From the NCBI GenBank assembly GCA_000002435.2, contig CM018791.1: DNA of 64,000 bases. One strand, given 5' to 3'. This document shows, piece by piece, positions 21,013 through 29,926 of this stretch. The notes under the pieces were generated by a model, which had not been told where the DNA came from, made no database searches, and saw only the letters and a program-made list of their open reading frames with translations. Numbering within the stretch: position 1 is the first letter of the stretch; every line of letters starts with the position of its first letter. The position numbers were made by a program, and so were the translations under genes. This stretch comes from Giardia intestinalis (Eukaryota).

Positions 21013-23034
21013 ATGGGTGGCTTTTGGCAAGGCGTCTGGAGGCGCCATTTTTATCCCCATATTGTTGATATGGATAGCGGGGTTAGCCGCATGTCGTCCT
21101 TAGATTTTCTCAGGGGGGTAGGGATTCTCGGTATGACGTTGGTCCACAGTCTTTTTAATGCAGTGCAGTTAGACTACTTGTTAACCTTTGACCGCTGGTA
21201 CAAATATGTACTCGCCATCTTTGTGGGTCCGATCTTGATCTTTGCACCCTTCCGCGGAGTCTTTGCCATTATCTCTGGAACCGCCTACGCTTTCCTGACT
21301 GGTCAGACAATGGTTTCTCTTCGCGAATCCAAGAAGTCATTCGTCTCGTGGTATTTCATAGGAATTCTAAAAAGCGTCCTTTCCTTCTTCATTCTTTGGC
21401 TTCTGGCCATTATTTATCTCTATTCTATAGAACTATGGCAAATTCGTATACCCAATAAACAACCGGTAATCTATGAACCAATCTGGAGGGTCGCCACTGT
21501 TTATGCTTCTCCTTTATCATACTTTAGTATTAGTTCCATTATAGATTCTATTATTTTTCCTCCCATATTCCTCTTGTTTCTTGTAATATTTTCTAGACGC
21601 TTTCCCTCAACGACTTACAGTCCAATCTTCAAGGCACCCAGTGTTGATGACCTACATCCTAACACTTCTGCTCCTCCCTCAGCTTCACTAAAGCAAAAAG
21701 CAACGACCATGTCTCTTACAAGATTTCAACCTTCTGCTTTTACCATGGAAAAGCTCGACGCGACAGTCCCAGAGCAAACAGACATCAGTGTTAATGATTC
21801 GGAGAGTCGATCCACCGTCCCCGCCACAGCTACTCTGGATGCAGAGGCTTCCCCAGGCGAGCAGACTGCCCGCAACAGCATCGACATACCCACAGCCATC
21901 GCTCTACCCACACCTGCACCGATTTCAGCTTATTCGGCCACAGGTTACATTGCGACCTCCTTGACGACTGCTGGGGTTATTTTCCTTCTGTCTTACTGTA
22001 TTATGATACCAACGCCTTATATCGTTAGCGCTCTGAGCCGCCCCCTCAATCTTGACCCCAAGCAGTTCTGCTTCCTACCTGACGGTTTTAGGGTTGACAC
22101 ATTGAAATCTCAGTCAGAATACATTAAGATATACTTCTTAGTCTCCTTGGGAGCTAACTACTACCCAGTTTTCCCATATTATTGTGCAACAATGATGGGT
22201 TTTGTCCTCGGCCTCTGCCTCTTGTCCGCATACTATAGCAAAAAGGAGTACAATCAATATCAGATCAATTCATTTAATAAAGAGCGGCAGAATGTTGCCC
22301 TCCTGCGGCCAGATGCCGCTACGATGCCTGCACAAGGCGATGAGCACACTCTCCACAGATCCAAGCGGTATAGCGACTTCCCTACCGCAGATCCTAAGTT
22401 TGCACGCATAATATATGGCGTCATGTGCGGCTTTGCAAGCGTCATGATCTGTTCTGGCTTTATCGGAATCGGGGTCAAGGGGACCTTCTTCGCCGGAATC
22501 AACGGAGGCCTAGACCTCTCTGGTTACTGTATGCCTCGCGAGGAAGGGATGGCTGTTTTTGGAATAGGAATGCTGCTGATAATTGCATTTGTAGCGCTCT
22601 TCGAAGGGAGCACCGTGAGAAACTGTTGCAAACACCTCCAACGAGCTTCATATATCCTTCGCTTTAGTACTGTCTCTCTGACAATATTTACCTGTCAAAT
22701 ATGGATTGACTTAATGGGAAAGTTCATTCTTTCGCGATACTTCCCTAAGATACTCAATAAGAGCGAGGAGAACGTGTTTGTGATCATCCTGATTATACCA
22801 GTGACAATCTTGACGTACTGGGTATTTACAACGATATCCGACTCCATTGACAATATGTGGACGCTTGACTGGATGATATCGCGCATAGGAGGGCTTGTAA
22901 CTGGCCGGTACGGAAAGCAGAAGCCCCTGGTTGAATACCACAGACGCGTCCGCCCCATGTGTCTCCTTGCACGGGCTCCTCGCAAGGAAGCAGATTTTGA
23001 TCTTGTTCCCGTTTACAAGGTAGCAAACTTTTGA
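21013..23034 (+). CDS. multi-pass membrane protein (673 aa), possibly DUF1624/HGSNAT-like acyltransferase family
   Basis: About 10 hydrophobic segments. The N-terminal motif RMSSLDFLRGVGILGMTLVHS...FAPFRGVFAIISG resembles the R..S.D.FRG...M/FPWF..IMG signature of heparan-alpha-glucosaminide N-acetyltransferase-like proteins. It also has a large Ser/Thr/Pro-rich loop. The ATG was checked. Confidence 0.6.
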   Translation: MGGFWQGVWRRHFYPHIVDMDSGVSRMSSLDFLRGVGILGMTLVHSLFNAVQLDYLLTFDRWYKYVLAIFVGPILIFAPFRGVFAIISGTAYAFLTGQTMVSLRESKKSFVSWYFIGILKSVLSFFILWLLAIIYLYSIELWQIRIPNKQPVIYEPIWRVATVYASPLSYFSISSIIDSIIFPPIFLLFLVIFSRRFPSTTYSPIFKAPSVDDLHPNTSAPPSASLKQKATTMSLTRFQPSAFTMEKLDATVPEQTDISVNDSESRSTVPATATLDAEASPGEQTARNSIDIPTAIALPTPAPISAYSATGYIATSLTTAGVIFLLSYCIMIPTPYIVSALSRPLNLDPKQFCFLPDGFRVDTLKSQSEYIKIYFLVSLGANYYPVFPYYCATMMGFVLGLCLLSAYYSKKEYNQYQINSFNKERQNVALLRPDAATMPAQGDEHTLHRSKRYSDFPTADPKFARIIYGVMCGFASVMICSGFIGIGVKGTFFAGINGGLDLSGYCMPREEGMAVFGIGMLLIIAFVALFEGSTVRNCCKHLQRASYILRFSTVSLTIFTCQIWIDLMGKFILSRYFPKILNKSEENVFVIILIIPVTILTYWVFTTISDSIDNMWTLDWMISRIGGLVTGRYGKQKPLVEYHRRVRPMCLLARAPRKEADFDLVPVYKVANF

Positions 23035-23104
23035 GATTATGCGACCTCCACTTTGAGTAAATGGTTGCTCTTTTGTGGCAAGGTGACTATTAAAAATTGA
23101 ATTC

Positions 23105-24646
23105 ATGGCTGATGAATTGAAGGCCCTGGCGAACGAGGCGTTCCGTGCAGGTCACTATCCGCGCGCAGTAGAGCTATATACGCAAGCTATTGAGCAACTG
23201 GACAGTCCTCGAGCAGAGTACTTCACAAACAGAGCCTCGGCTCACTTTCAAAACGGCGACTTTGTAGCTGCTAAGGCCGATGCGGAGGCCGCGATTGATA
23301 TTGACCCCAACTCTACAAAGGGCTACTGGAGGATTGCAGAGTGCGAACGGATCATGCATCAGCTAGATAAATCTATTGAGTACTATCGTCGTGCTCTGGA
23401 AACTAAGCCGAATAATCGTAAAATTGTACTTGCAATCCGAGACGTCCAACGCCTCATTGATATTGCAAAGCCTTCCCATGGTTTGACCGCCAATTCTCTT
23501 CTCCAGGCTCTACACTCTGTGCCTACCCCGACTCGATCTTCCAGCAGTGGTATTGGCATAGGTGGGTTCGGAGGATTCCCAGGTATGGGTGGCTTTGGAA
23601 GTAGCGGAGACGCTCCAGCTAAGGTGGACGAATCATCGCGCAAAGATACGCCTGAGCTTCCTACCGACCCTGGGCTGCTTTCTACCACAGAAGAAGCACA
23701 GAAGGTCTACACACGCGAATGGTATGACGCTTCCTTTGCTTACATGAAGTCTGATCTCTTCAAGAGTGATGTGATGCGTGAGCTTGTGCGCCGTGCAGGT
23801 GAGCTTATGAACAAGGAGAGCACCTGTCTCGCCCTCTCCATTGATCCTGACGAGCGTTTAGCTATAGTAGGAGACATCCACGGATCCCTGCCGGATCTTT
23901 GTGCCATCAACGAAAAACTTGTGCCTATGATGTTCTCTGAAAAGATGAAAGCAGTCTTCCTTGGTGATTATGTTGATCGTGGGCCTAAGGGGCACACAGT
24001 AGTCACGGCTTTGCTCTGCCTCAAGCTCTGCTTCCCTGATCGCGTCTTTCTACTACGTGGCAATCATGAAACGGTTTCGATGAATAGTTTCTTTGGATAT
24101 CGACCCCAAGTCGACGAAGGATACGGGACAGAATCGGGTATGTTTGACACCATGACGTCGCTCTTTGCCACAATGCCGCTTTGTTGCCTAATTAACAAGG
24201 AGATTTTCTGCACACACGGCGGAGCACCTCTCCGTGCCGACGTTTGTGGCGACGAAATTAATAAGCGTATCCCCGTACGCAGGGTCGAGATGGATGATCC
24301 CCTTGTCTCAGAATTGACGTGGTCTGATCCTTCTCAGACACCAATAGACAGCTCATCCGGAGATGGTCCCGCTCACACGCGTCCGTCACATCGGGGTGTC
24401 GGGCTAGTCTATGACTATCGCGCTTTTCAGACATGGGCTAAGAAGCACGGTATCAAGAAGCTTTTCCGTGCACACGAAGCTATACAACCGATTGGTGTCC
24501 GCTTTGACTTTGAGCACAACGCAAGTGCTGATCATGAGCATTACACCGTCTTCAGTTCTTCAAACTACGTTGGGATGCCTAACAAGGGGTCCTTTGTTCT
24601 TTTTGAACAGGGGCTAAGGTCTTTCGACACGATTATGCTTATGTAG
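23105..24646 (+). CDS. serine/threonine protein phosphatase, PP5-like (N-terminal TPR repeats plus PPP catalytic domain)
   Basis: TPR-like N-terminus (EALKALANEAFRAGHYPRAVELYTQAIE...). PPP motifs GDIHGS, GDYVDRGPKG and LLRGNHE are present. The initiator tract attaaaaattgaattcATG precedes the start. Confidence 0.85.
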   Translation: MADELKALANEAFRAGHYPRAVELYTQAIEQLDSPRAEYFTNRASAHFQNGDFVAAKADAEAAIDIDPNSTKGYWRIAECERIMHQLDKSIEYYRRALETKPNNRKIVLAIRDVQRLIDIAKPSHGLTANSLLQALHSVPTPTRSSSSGIGIGGFGGFPGMGGFGSSGDAPAKVDESSRKDTPELPTDPGLLSTTEEAQKVYTREWYDASFAYMKSDLFKSDVMRELVRRAGELMNKESTCLALSIDPDERLAIVGDIHGSLPDLCAINEKLVPMMFSEKMKAVFLGDYVDRGPKGHTVVTALLCLKLCFPDRVFLLRGNHETVSMNSFFGYRPQVDEGYGTESGMFDTMTSLFATMPLCCLINKEIFCTHGGAPLRADVCGDEINKRIPVRRVEMDDPLVSELTWSDPSQTPIDSSSGDGPAHTRPSHRGVGLVYDYRAFQTWAKKHGIKKLFRAHEAIQPIGVRFDFEHNASADHEHYTVFSSSNYVGMPNKGSFVLFEQGLRSFDTIMLM

Positions 24647-24989
24647 GGTTAAAACTGCGCGTAAGTAAACTAGAATGGGCAGCCGAACTACGCGGGAAAG
24701 AACGATCAGATAGAAGTAGCGGAGTTTAGTTTACTGATTTTCAACGGGAGCGCTTTAGTCCTCAGGGTATGGACGGGCGTGTAGAGCAGGAATGGTGACG
24801 CACAGACAGGTAACGGCCATACTGATAAAAAAGCAGGAGACCACAACCTGTAGAAAGAGATCGATAAGAAGTTGTCGAAAAGCAGGACTCATTCCTTGTG
24901 GCCTAGGTATCCGGGTTTTTGACTGCAAAACTAGTGGTTCTGTCTCAGTAACAGCCAGCGTTTGAGCGGTAGGCACTGGACTAGATGCA

Positions 24990-25085
24990 GCATCAATGGA
25001 CATTAAAAAAATGCCGGCAGGCCGGTGTCCGGCTCTGTGGCTGCAGCAGCTGCTGGACCCGCGAGTAGGCGGTAAAGGGACCTCA
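24990..25085. repeat. left arm of a roughly 75-bp imperfect inverted repeat (partner at 26180-26265)
   Basis: The reverse complement of 25011-25080 (cctactcgcgggtccagcagctgctgcagccacagagccggacaccggcctgccggc) aligns at about 85% identity with 26199-26258 (cccactcgcgggtccagcagtcgctgtaggcacagagccgggcaccggcctgccggc). Confidence 0.6.
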
Positions 25086-26179
25086 TAGTGCTCCTCGTCA
25101 GGAGGTTCTTCATGCGTTCGGTGGCCTGGTCTTGTTCGGGGCCTCCTGGGAGCCGTCAGTAGTGAAGCATTGAAAGCATGCTGACAGGCGAGGATTCCCC
25201 CAACTGTGGTGTCTGCTAGTGTGCTTAGAAATGCTTCCACACTTCTATATAAAACATGTAGTAGCTTCATGTCCTTTATCAGGTGCTCGCGTGTGCATCA
25301 GAGGTCCTCGCTCTCGCTGTGATATCGGAGCATCTCCATTATGAGCACCGACAGATGGATGCCTGTCGTCGAGGCAGTTGATGGCTAGAGGCCCTGAGGT
25401 TCCTCCGAGGGCATGGAGTCCAGGGGTAACGGGGGCCCAGGTCTTATACTTGCCTCTGCTGCATGGTAGAGACCGTCCAGTTTTCCCAGGCTTTGAACAC
25501 GCCAGTGGCGGCCTAGCTGCTTTGCTCACTGATCTCCTCCAGGAGTTCTCTGAGAGCAAGAGTCAGAAGTCATATCTAAACACTTTTAACGAGCTTGGAA
25601 AGTGTCTGCCCCCGATGCCAGGCTCATTCCGAGTGTTGGCGCAGACAACAGCAAGAGTCCAGATGGAGTACCTGCACTCCGCCAAGGTTTAGCGTAGTGA
25701 TCTGGGACTTCCTATCGATCTTGAAACTGCAGAAGAGGTAGCAAAGAACTGCTGCCTCCGAACCAAGCTCATGAGATCTTACATATAATGGACGCAGCAA
25801 AGGCAATCCTGGTGGGAGAGACTTCTCGAACCGTAGCATCCGAAACTGTTGCCCATAATGAGGGTCCCTAGACAAAAGATGCAGGCGTGTCTGCCACAGA
25901 CCTTGGAAGTATGGACGACGTAGGTCAGAAAACGTACAGCTTTTTGACGAAGTGTACGTCCATGAGCCACTCCTTAGTTGGCGATGGGTCGGTTGGGGGA
26001 GAAACGCCACTAAGCTCGGCGGCTGCAATAGGCCATTAGCACACGCCTGTTCTCCATAGTAGAGAGATTAGCTGGAAAAAGCGCACGCGAGGGTCCCCAT
26101 GCTTCCCACCACTGCGGTATTCCTCATTCTGTCAGACGCTCGCCGGGCTGCTCTGTGAGCCTTGTGGAACCCTCCCCGA

Positions 26180-26265
26180 GATCCCTTGACTACCCACTCG
26201 CGGGTCCAGCAGTCGCTGTAGGCACAGAGCCGGGCACCGGCCTGCCGGCCTCGCTATCGCGCTCT
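26180..26265. repeat. right arm of the inverted repeat (partner at 24990-25085)
   Basis: See the left-arm entry. The arms are in opposite orientation about 1.1 kb apart and flank a GC-rich, ORF-poor core. Confidence 0.6.
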
Positions 26266-26395
26266 CTTCCCGCGCCACCCGGGCTGGTGGATTCAGGGGA
26301 GCAGGTACCTGGCGCAGCGGCTCACTCGACCGGGCGTTCGAGAACAGTCACGGAGGTAACCCCGGCAACACAGAGTAAATCCAGGTTAAATAAAA

Positions 26396-27103
26396 ATGCA
26401 CAGCAACTATCACGCTCCTGTCAAATCAACGAGCCACGATGGGATATTATGTGCTCAACAGATAAACGAAGCCGTAGTTAACACAACAATCTCACAGCTA
26501 AAGGCAAAGATGGAAGAAAGCAAAGATGGATCACTACTCCCCATTATAGATGCATTGAAGGACTGCTGGCTTCTCGAGTTGGCAAAGCAGGACAGAGTGA
26601 GCATATCCCAGGGGATACTAAAGGAGCGGATAGCACGCCATGCACAGGTTCTGCGAAAAGAGGCAGGAACAAGATCAACAGAGATGCTCGTGCCTAACGA
26701 ACCAGACCGAGACCAGGATTGTCCACTGGCTGACACAAAACAGACAAGAAAACGTGGTCGGTTCAGAAGTCTCGATGGAGGTGCACCAAAGACCTATAAG
26801 CTGGAACATGAATCCGATTCTAGTGCACTTCAGCAGTTCAAAAGTCAGTTGCTGTTAAAAGACCAATGTCTTCCAGGGGACTGTCCACGGAATGTTATTT
26901 GTGGACAGTTGCAGATTAAAGAATTCAAGGAGCTAAACTCGATGCTTAGCTTGCCACCTGGTCGAAATGGGCCCTATTTTTTGAAAAATGGCTTCGCTAC
27001 GCTGAACGGTAAGACGGTGTACTTTCATAAATGCATACTAACAAGGGCCGGACGCTCTTTTTCTCATGATGCTGCTGAAGAGCCAGAGCTCAAACGGGAG
27101 TAA
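26396..27103 (+). CDS. hypothetical protein (235 aa)
   Basis: ATG-initiated ORF with the initiator tract ggttaaataaaaATG. No recognisable domain. Confidence 0.5.
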   Translation: MHSNYHAPVKSTSHDGILCAQQINEAVVNTTISQLKAKMEESKDGSLLPIIDALKDCWLLELAKQDRVSISQGILKERIARHAQVLRKEAGTRSTEMLVPNEPDRDQDCPLADTKQTRKRGRFRSLDGGAPKTYKLEHESDSSALQQFKSQLLLKDQCLPGDCPRNVICGQLQIKEFKELNSMLSLPPGRNGPYFLKNGFATLNGKTVYFHKCILTRAGRSFSHDAAEEPELKRE

Positions 27104-27145
27104 ATTCTCCTTTCTATAAATTTTACCTTCAGCTTTCATTGTTTA

Positions 27146-27670
27146 ATGCAGCATATATATCGGCGCATAATGGGCCTGTATAAGGGTGATTGCGAGCGGC
27201 TGCGAATACTGTGCAGAGAACACCTACTGTCTTCATCTCGTTCCAAGGAGGTTGAAAGTGGCCTTCGCTGCCGCCTATTGGTCCATTTCCCGCTCTTTGT
27301 TGAGTATAGTGAGAACCGTCCTGCAATTAAGAAGCGTGCCAAAATTGAGAAAGACCAATCTATTCTCGAAAACTATGATCTCGCATTTTACAAGAAGTGC
27401 AGCGCCGCATACTCGTTTCTTACCCCCAACAAGGTCGATATATACTATGAAGAGGAATTGCGGTGCGTTATCCCCAACGATATCAGAGACTTGTTCGGGA
27501 AGTCTGCAGAATGCCAAAGGTGTGTAAAGATAGGTCCAGCAGTTCCCAACAAAATGCACCCAAAGATGCAGCAAATTGATGACAAACTCGTTGATGCAGT
27601 TATTAAGGCGGTACAAAGACTACAAAAGGATATTGCCTCTACATCGCCGCAAGGCAGAACTAAAGAGTAG
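27146..27670 (+). CDS. hypothetical protein (174 aa)
   Basis: ATG-initiated ORF lying 40 nt after the previous gene. It is convergent with the next gene with an 8-nt gap. No recognisable domain. Confidence 0.45.
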   Translation: MQHIYRRIMGLYKGDCERLRILCREHLLSSSRSKEVESGLRCRLLVHFPLFVEYSENRPAIKKRAKIEKDQSILENYDLAFYKKCSAAYSFLTPNKVDIYYEEELRCVIPNDIRDLFGKSAECQRCVKIGPAVPNKMHPKMQQIDDKLVDAVIKAVQRLQKDIASTSPQGRTKE

Positions 27671-27678
27671 GAAGCAGT

Positions 27679-28317
27679 TTAGACGGGGGTGATAACAAAA
27701 TACCCATAGCCATCCCTCAGACGCATGATTTCCTGATAGAATAGTTTTGCTTGCCGGGTCCAGATCTCCGGTCGGGGCACAATAGTCGGGGGCACATAAT
27801 AAAGGCCTCTCAGTACAGAATTATGACTCGCACTAGAAAAGCCCTCTATAACCGCCATAAAGGTCATCGTCAGAGTCAGCAGATTTGGGGAGATCAGAGC
27901 ATGGTCCAGCGTGAGGGTAAGTGCCACGTAATCCTTTGGAACCTGCAAGAAGTTGGTACGTACCTCGGTAAACGATGTCCTTTTATCAACAGAAAGCGTG
28001 AGGATGTTCTTAAGAGAGTGTGTTCCCATGGCTTTGAAAACAGAATAAGAAAGAGCTGGTGCGATAGTAGTCTCAGAAATGAGTCTCCGTGTCTCGTTAT
28101 CGTACGTCAACTTATCGTAGGGCGGGACGAGCTTCTTGAAGGCTAGATAAGAGGGCTTTCCAGAGGGAGAGTAAAGAACCACGGAGGAGTGGCGCTTAGA
28201 GGAGATCATGGTATACTTGTCTCCATCTATTTCGATGCCCATTGTCTCTTTAATCATAAAGTGTATCCGTTTAGAAGAATTGTTTTTAATTTCAGCACTA
28301 GCAGTTCTGCGCCGCAT
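27679..28317 (-). CDS. hypothetical protein (about 212 aa from the first ATG; the track start at 28386 is a TTG)
   Basis: The track ORF 27679..28386 starts on TTG. The first in-frame ATG is at 28317, and alternative ATGs lie at 28257 and 28242. This gene is divergent from the helicase gene. Confidence 0.45.
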   Translation of the reverse strand: MRRRTASAEIKNNSSKRIHFMIKETMGIEIDGDKYTMISSKRHSSVVLYSPSGKPSYLAFKKLVPPYDKLTYDNETRRLISETTIAPALSYSVFKAMGTHSLKNILTLSVDKRTSFTEVRTNFLQVPKDYVALTLTLDHALISPNLLTLTMTFMAVIEGFSSASHNSVLRGLYYVPPTIVPRPEIWTRQAKLFYQEIMRLRDGYGYFVITPV

Positions 28318-29926
28318 GCCGCTAGCGTTTAAGCGAACGAGAGATTTTATGCACACTGACCAACAGCCCGTCCTCCTGACTATCAAGAAGGCAAAGAATG
28401 GCTTAGGGGCAGGGACAACAACCAGGCACCCAACGGTGTCAGCACGACGAGAGTTCGAAGAGCTAATTAGTGCAATCCAGAAACTTCCGTTCAGCAGTCT
28501 TCTCCCAGCTCATTTCCACTTACTAGCTCGCACCATGGACGTTCGGGCCCTTGTGTCCAGCAGCTACTTCTTTCCACGTACTGTTGAAGACATCATGGAA
28601 TATATGGCCAATCCTTCTGTTGTATCAGCGATAAAGAACTTACTTCACAAGCTAGGTTACACCAGTCTACGTCCTATTCAACTAGCGTGTTTTGAACCGA
28701 TACTCCATCAGAGCTCGTGCATACTTGTCTCCAGAACAGCTACGGGAAAGACCTTCGCATATCTCTTCCCTCTTCTGCTTCGAGAAGGCTTTTTTAACAC
28801 GACTCAAGTGACTTCTTCACAGATACTGGTAATCTGTCCAACTAGACTTTTGTGTGAGCAGGTGACCACTGTGACACGCACCTGTCTTGCGACATTGGTG
28901 GAGCTCTGTCCGTGCCTTAAGTCATTCACTGTCTGCAGCGCGTATAGCGGACAGTCCCAGTCCCTCGTCAACACCTCTCTGGAGCTGGCCAACATGTTGG
29001 TAGCAACCCCTGGGATACTGACTAGTAGACAGTACATATTCACCGGATCCACTATTGTCCTCGATGAGTACGACGATCTTTTGGGTGGATCCTTTCTAGA
29101 GGATGTGAAGCAGATACTTAGAATTACAGGCGAACTGTGCTCTGCCCCAATAAATACATTTACTACCCTGACAAAAGGAATTCGGATAATGAGCACTTCT
29201 CCAAAAGAGATTCCATCAGCACAGTTCATATGTGTTTCAGCAACTATGACCGACGAAGCATTGGCTCAAGCAGAGTTCTTGGCTTCTTCTCTTTCAGGCT
29301 CCCTTCCCAGCCTAATAATACATGGATCTATAAATAAAATACCATCCAACATACAACACACTTACCTATTATCGAATCGAGCAGATACAGGTGCAATTGC
29401 CGAGGAAAAGTCTATAAGCAAGCTCCCCAGAGTCATTTTCTCAGGTAGAATAACGAGTATCTGGCACCTAAAACAACTACTAGAAGATAGAGCAATTAAA
29501 AGTGAAGAAGAGCTCATAGACATCGTTTCCTCAGGCTCGTTTTATTCGAAATGCATAGTCTTCTTTCTTTTACGTTCACGAATAGAGGAGAATTCCAGGA
29601 AAGAGCAGCAAGGAAAAACCATATTTAGGCTTCATGGAGAGATGCAGCAGGAGGTCCGTGATGAAATACTTGCACGGTTTTCGAAGGCGCCGCCCCACTC
29701 AGGGGCCGTTCTGTTTACCACCGATTTAGGAGCTCGTGGATTAGATAGCAAGGATGTAGACCTGGTTATTAGCATAGGACTGCCCCCAACGATAATATCA
29801 TTCATTCATAGAATTGGAAGAGCAGGGCGGATGGGCCAGAAAAGCCTGGCCGTAACTGTAGTTTCTAAGCGAACAGACTTCCTCAGGCAGATAGACGATT
29901 GCTTTGAGACCTCAACGTTTGAGTAA
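28208..29926 (+). CDS. ATP-dependent DEAD-box-family RNA helicase (divergent, motif II = DEYD)
   Basis: Motif I is SRTATGKTFAYLFP, motif II is VLDEYDD, motif III is SAT (VSATMT), motif V is TDLGARGLD and motif VI is HRIGRAGRMG. The longest ATG ORF starts at 28208, but the functional start may be the ATG at 28316 or 28349, downstream of the AT-rich tract ttgtttttaatttcag. Confidence 0.85.
   Translation: MVYLSPSISMPIVSLIIKCIRLEELFLISALAVLRRMPLAFKRTRDFMHTDQQPVLLTIKKAKNGLGAGTTTRHPTVSARREFEELISAIQKLPFSSLLPAHFHLLARTMDVRALVSSSYFFPRTVEDIMEYMANPSVVSAIKNLLHKLGYTSLRPIQLACFEPILHQSSCILVSRTATGKTFAYLFPLLLREGFFNTTQVTSSQILVICPTRLLCEQVTTVTRTCLATLVELCPCLKSFTVCSAYSGQSQSLVNTSLELANMLVATPGILTSRQYIFTGSTIVLDEYDDLLGGSFLEDVKQILRITGELCSAPINTFTTLTKGIRIMSTSPKEIPSAQFICVSATMTDEALAQAEFLASSLSGSLPSLIIHGSINKIPSNIQHTYLLSNRADTGAIAEEKSISKLPRVIFSGRITSIWHLKQLLEDRAIKSEEELIDIVSSGSFYSKCIVFFLLRSRIEENSRKEQQGKTIFRLHGEMQQEVRDEILARFSKAPPHSGAVLFTTDLGARGLDSKDVDLVISIGLPPTIISFIHRIGRAGRMGQKSLAVTVVSKRTDFLRQIDDCFETSTFE

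Noticed and set aside
24131-24137. GTATGTT, the Giardia 5' splice-site consensus
   Set aside because: It sits in frame inside the conserved PP5 catalytic domain (…GYGTESGMFDTM…) with no downstream CTRAC…AG element and no frame disruption, so it is not an intron. Other gtatgt hits at 12669 and 37626 are likewise in-frame coding.
24755-26481. Cluster of 60-170-aa ORFs on both strands (24755..25270 -, 25245..25559 -, 25378..25692 +, 25624..26028 -, 26155..26481 +)
   Set aside because: They overlap one another in different frames and have Pro/Arg/Gly/Ser-rich low-complexity translations. The two that contain the inverted-repeat arms are not similar at the protein level, so the repeat is a DNA-level feature. 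I treat the region as non-coding or decayed rather than as real genes.
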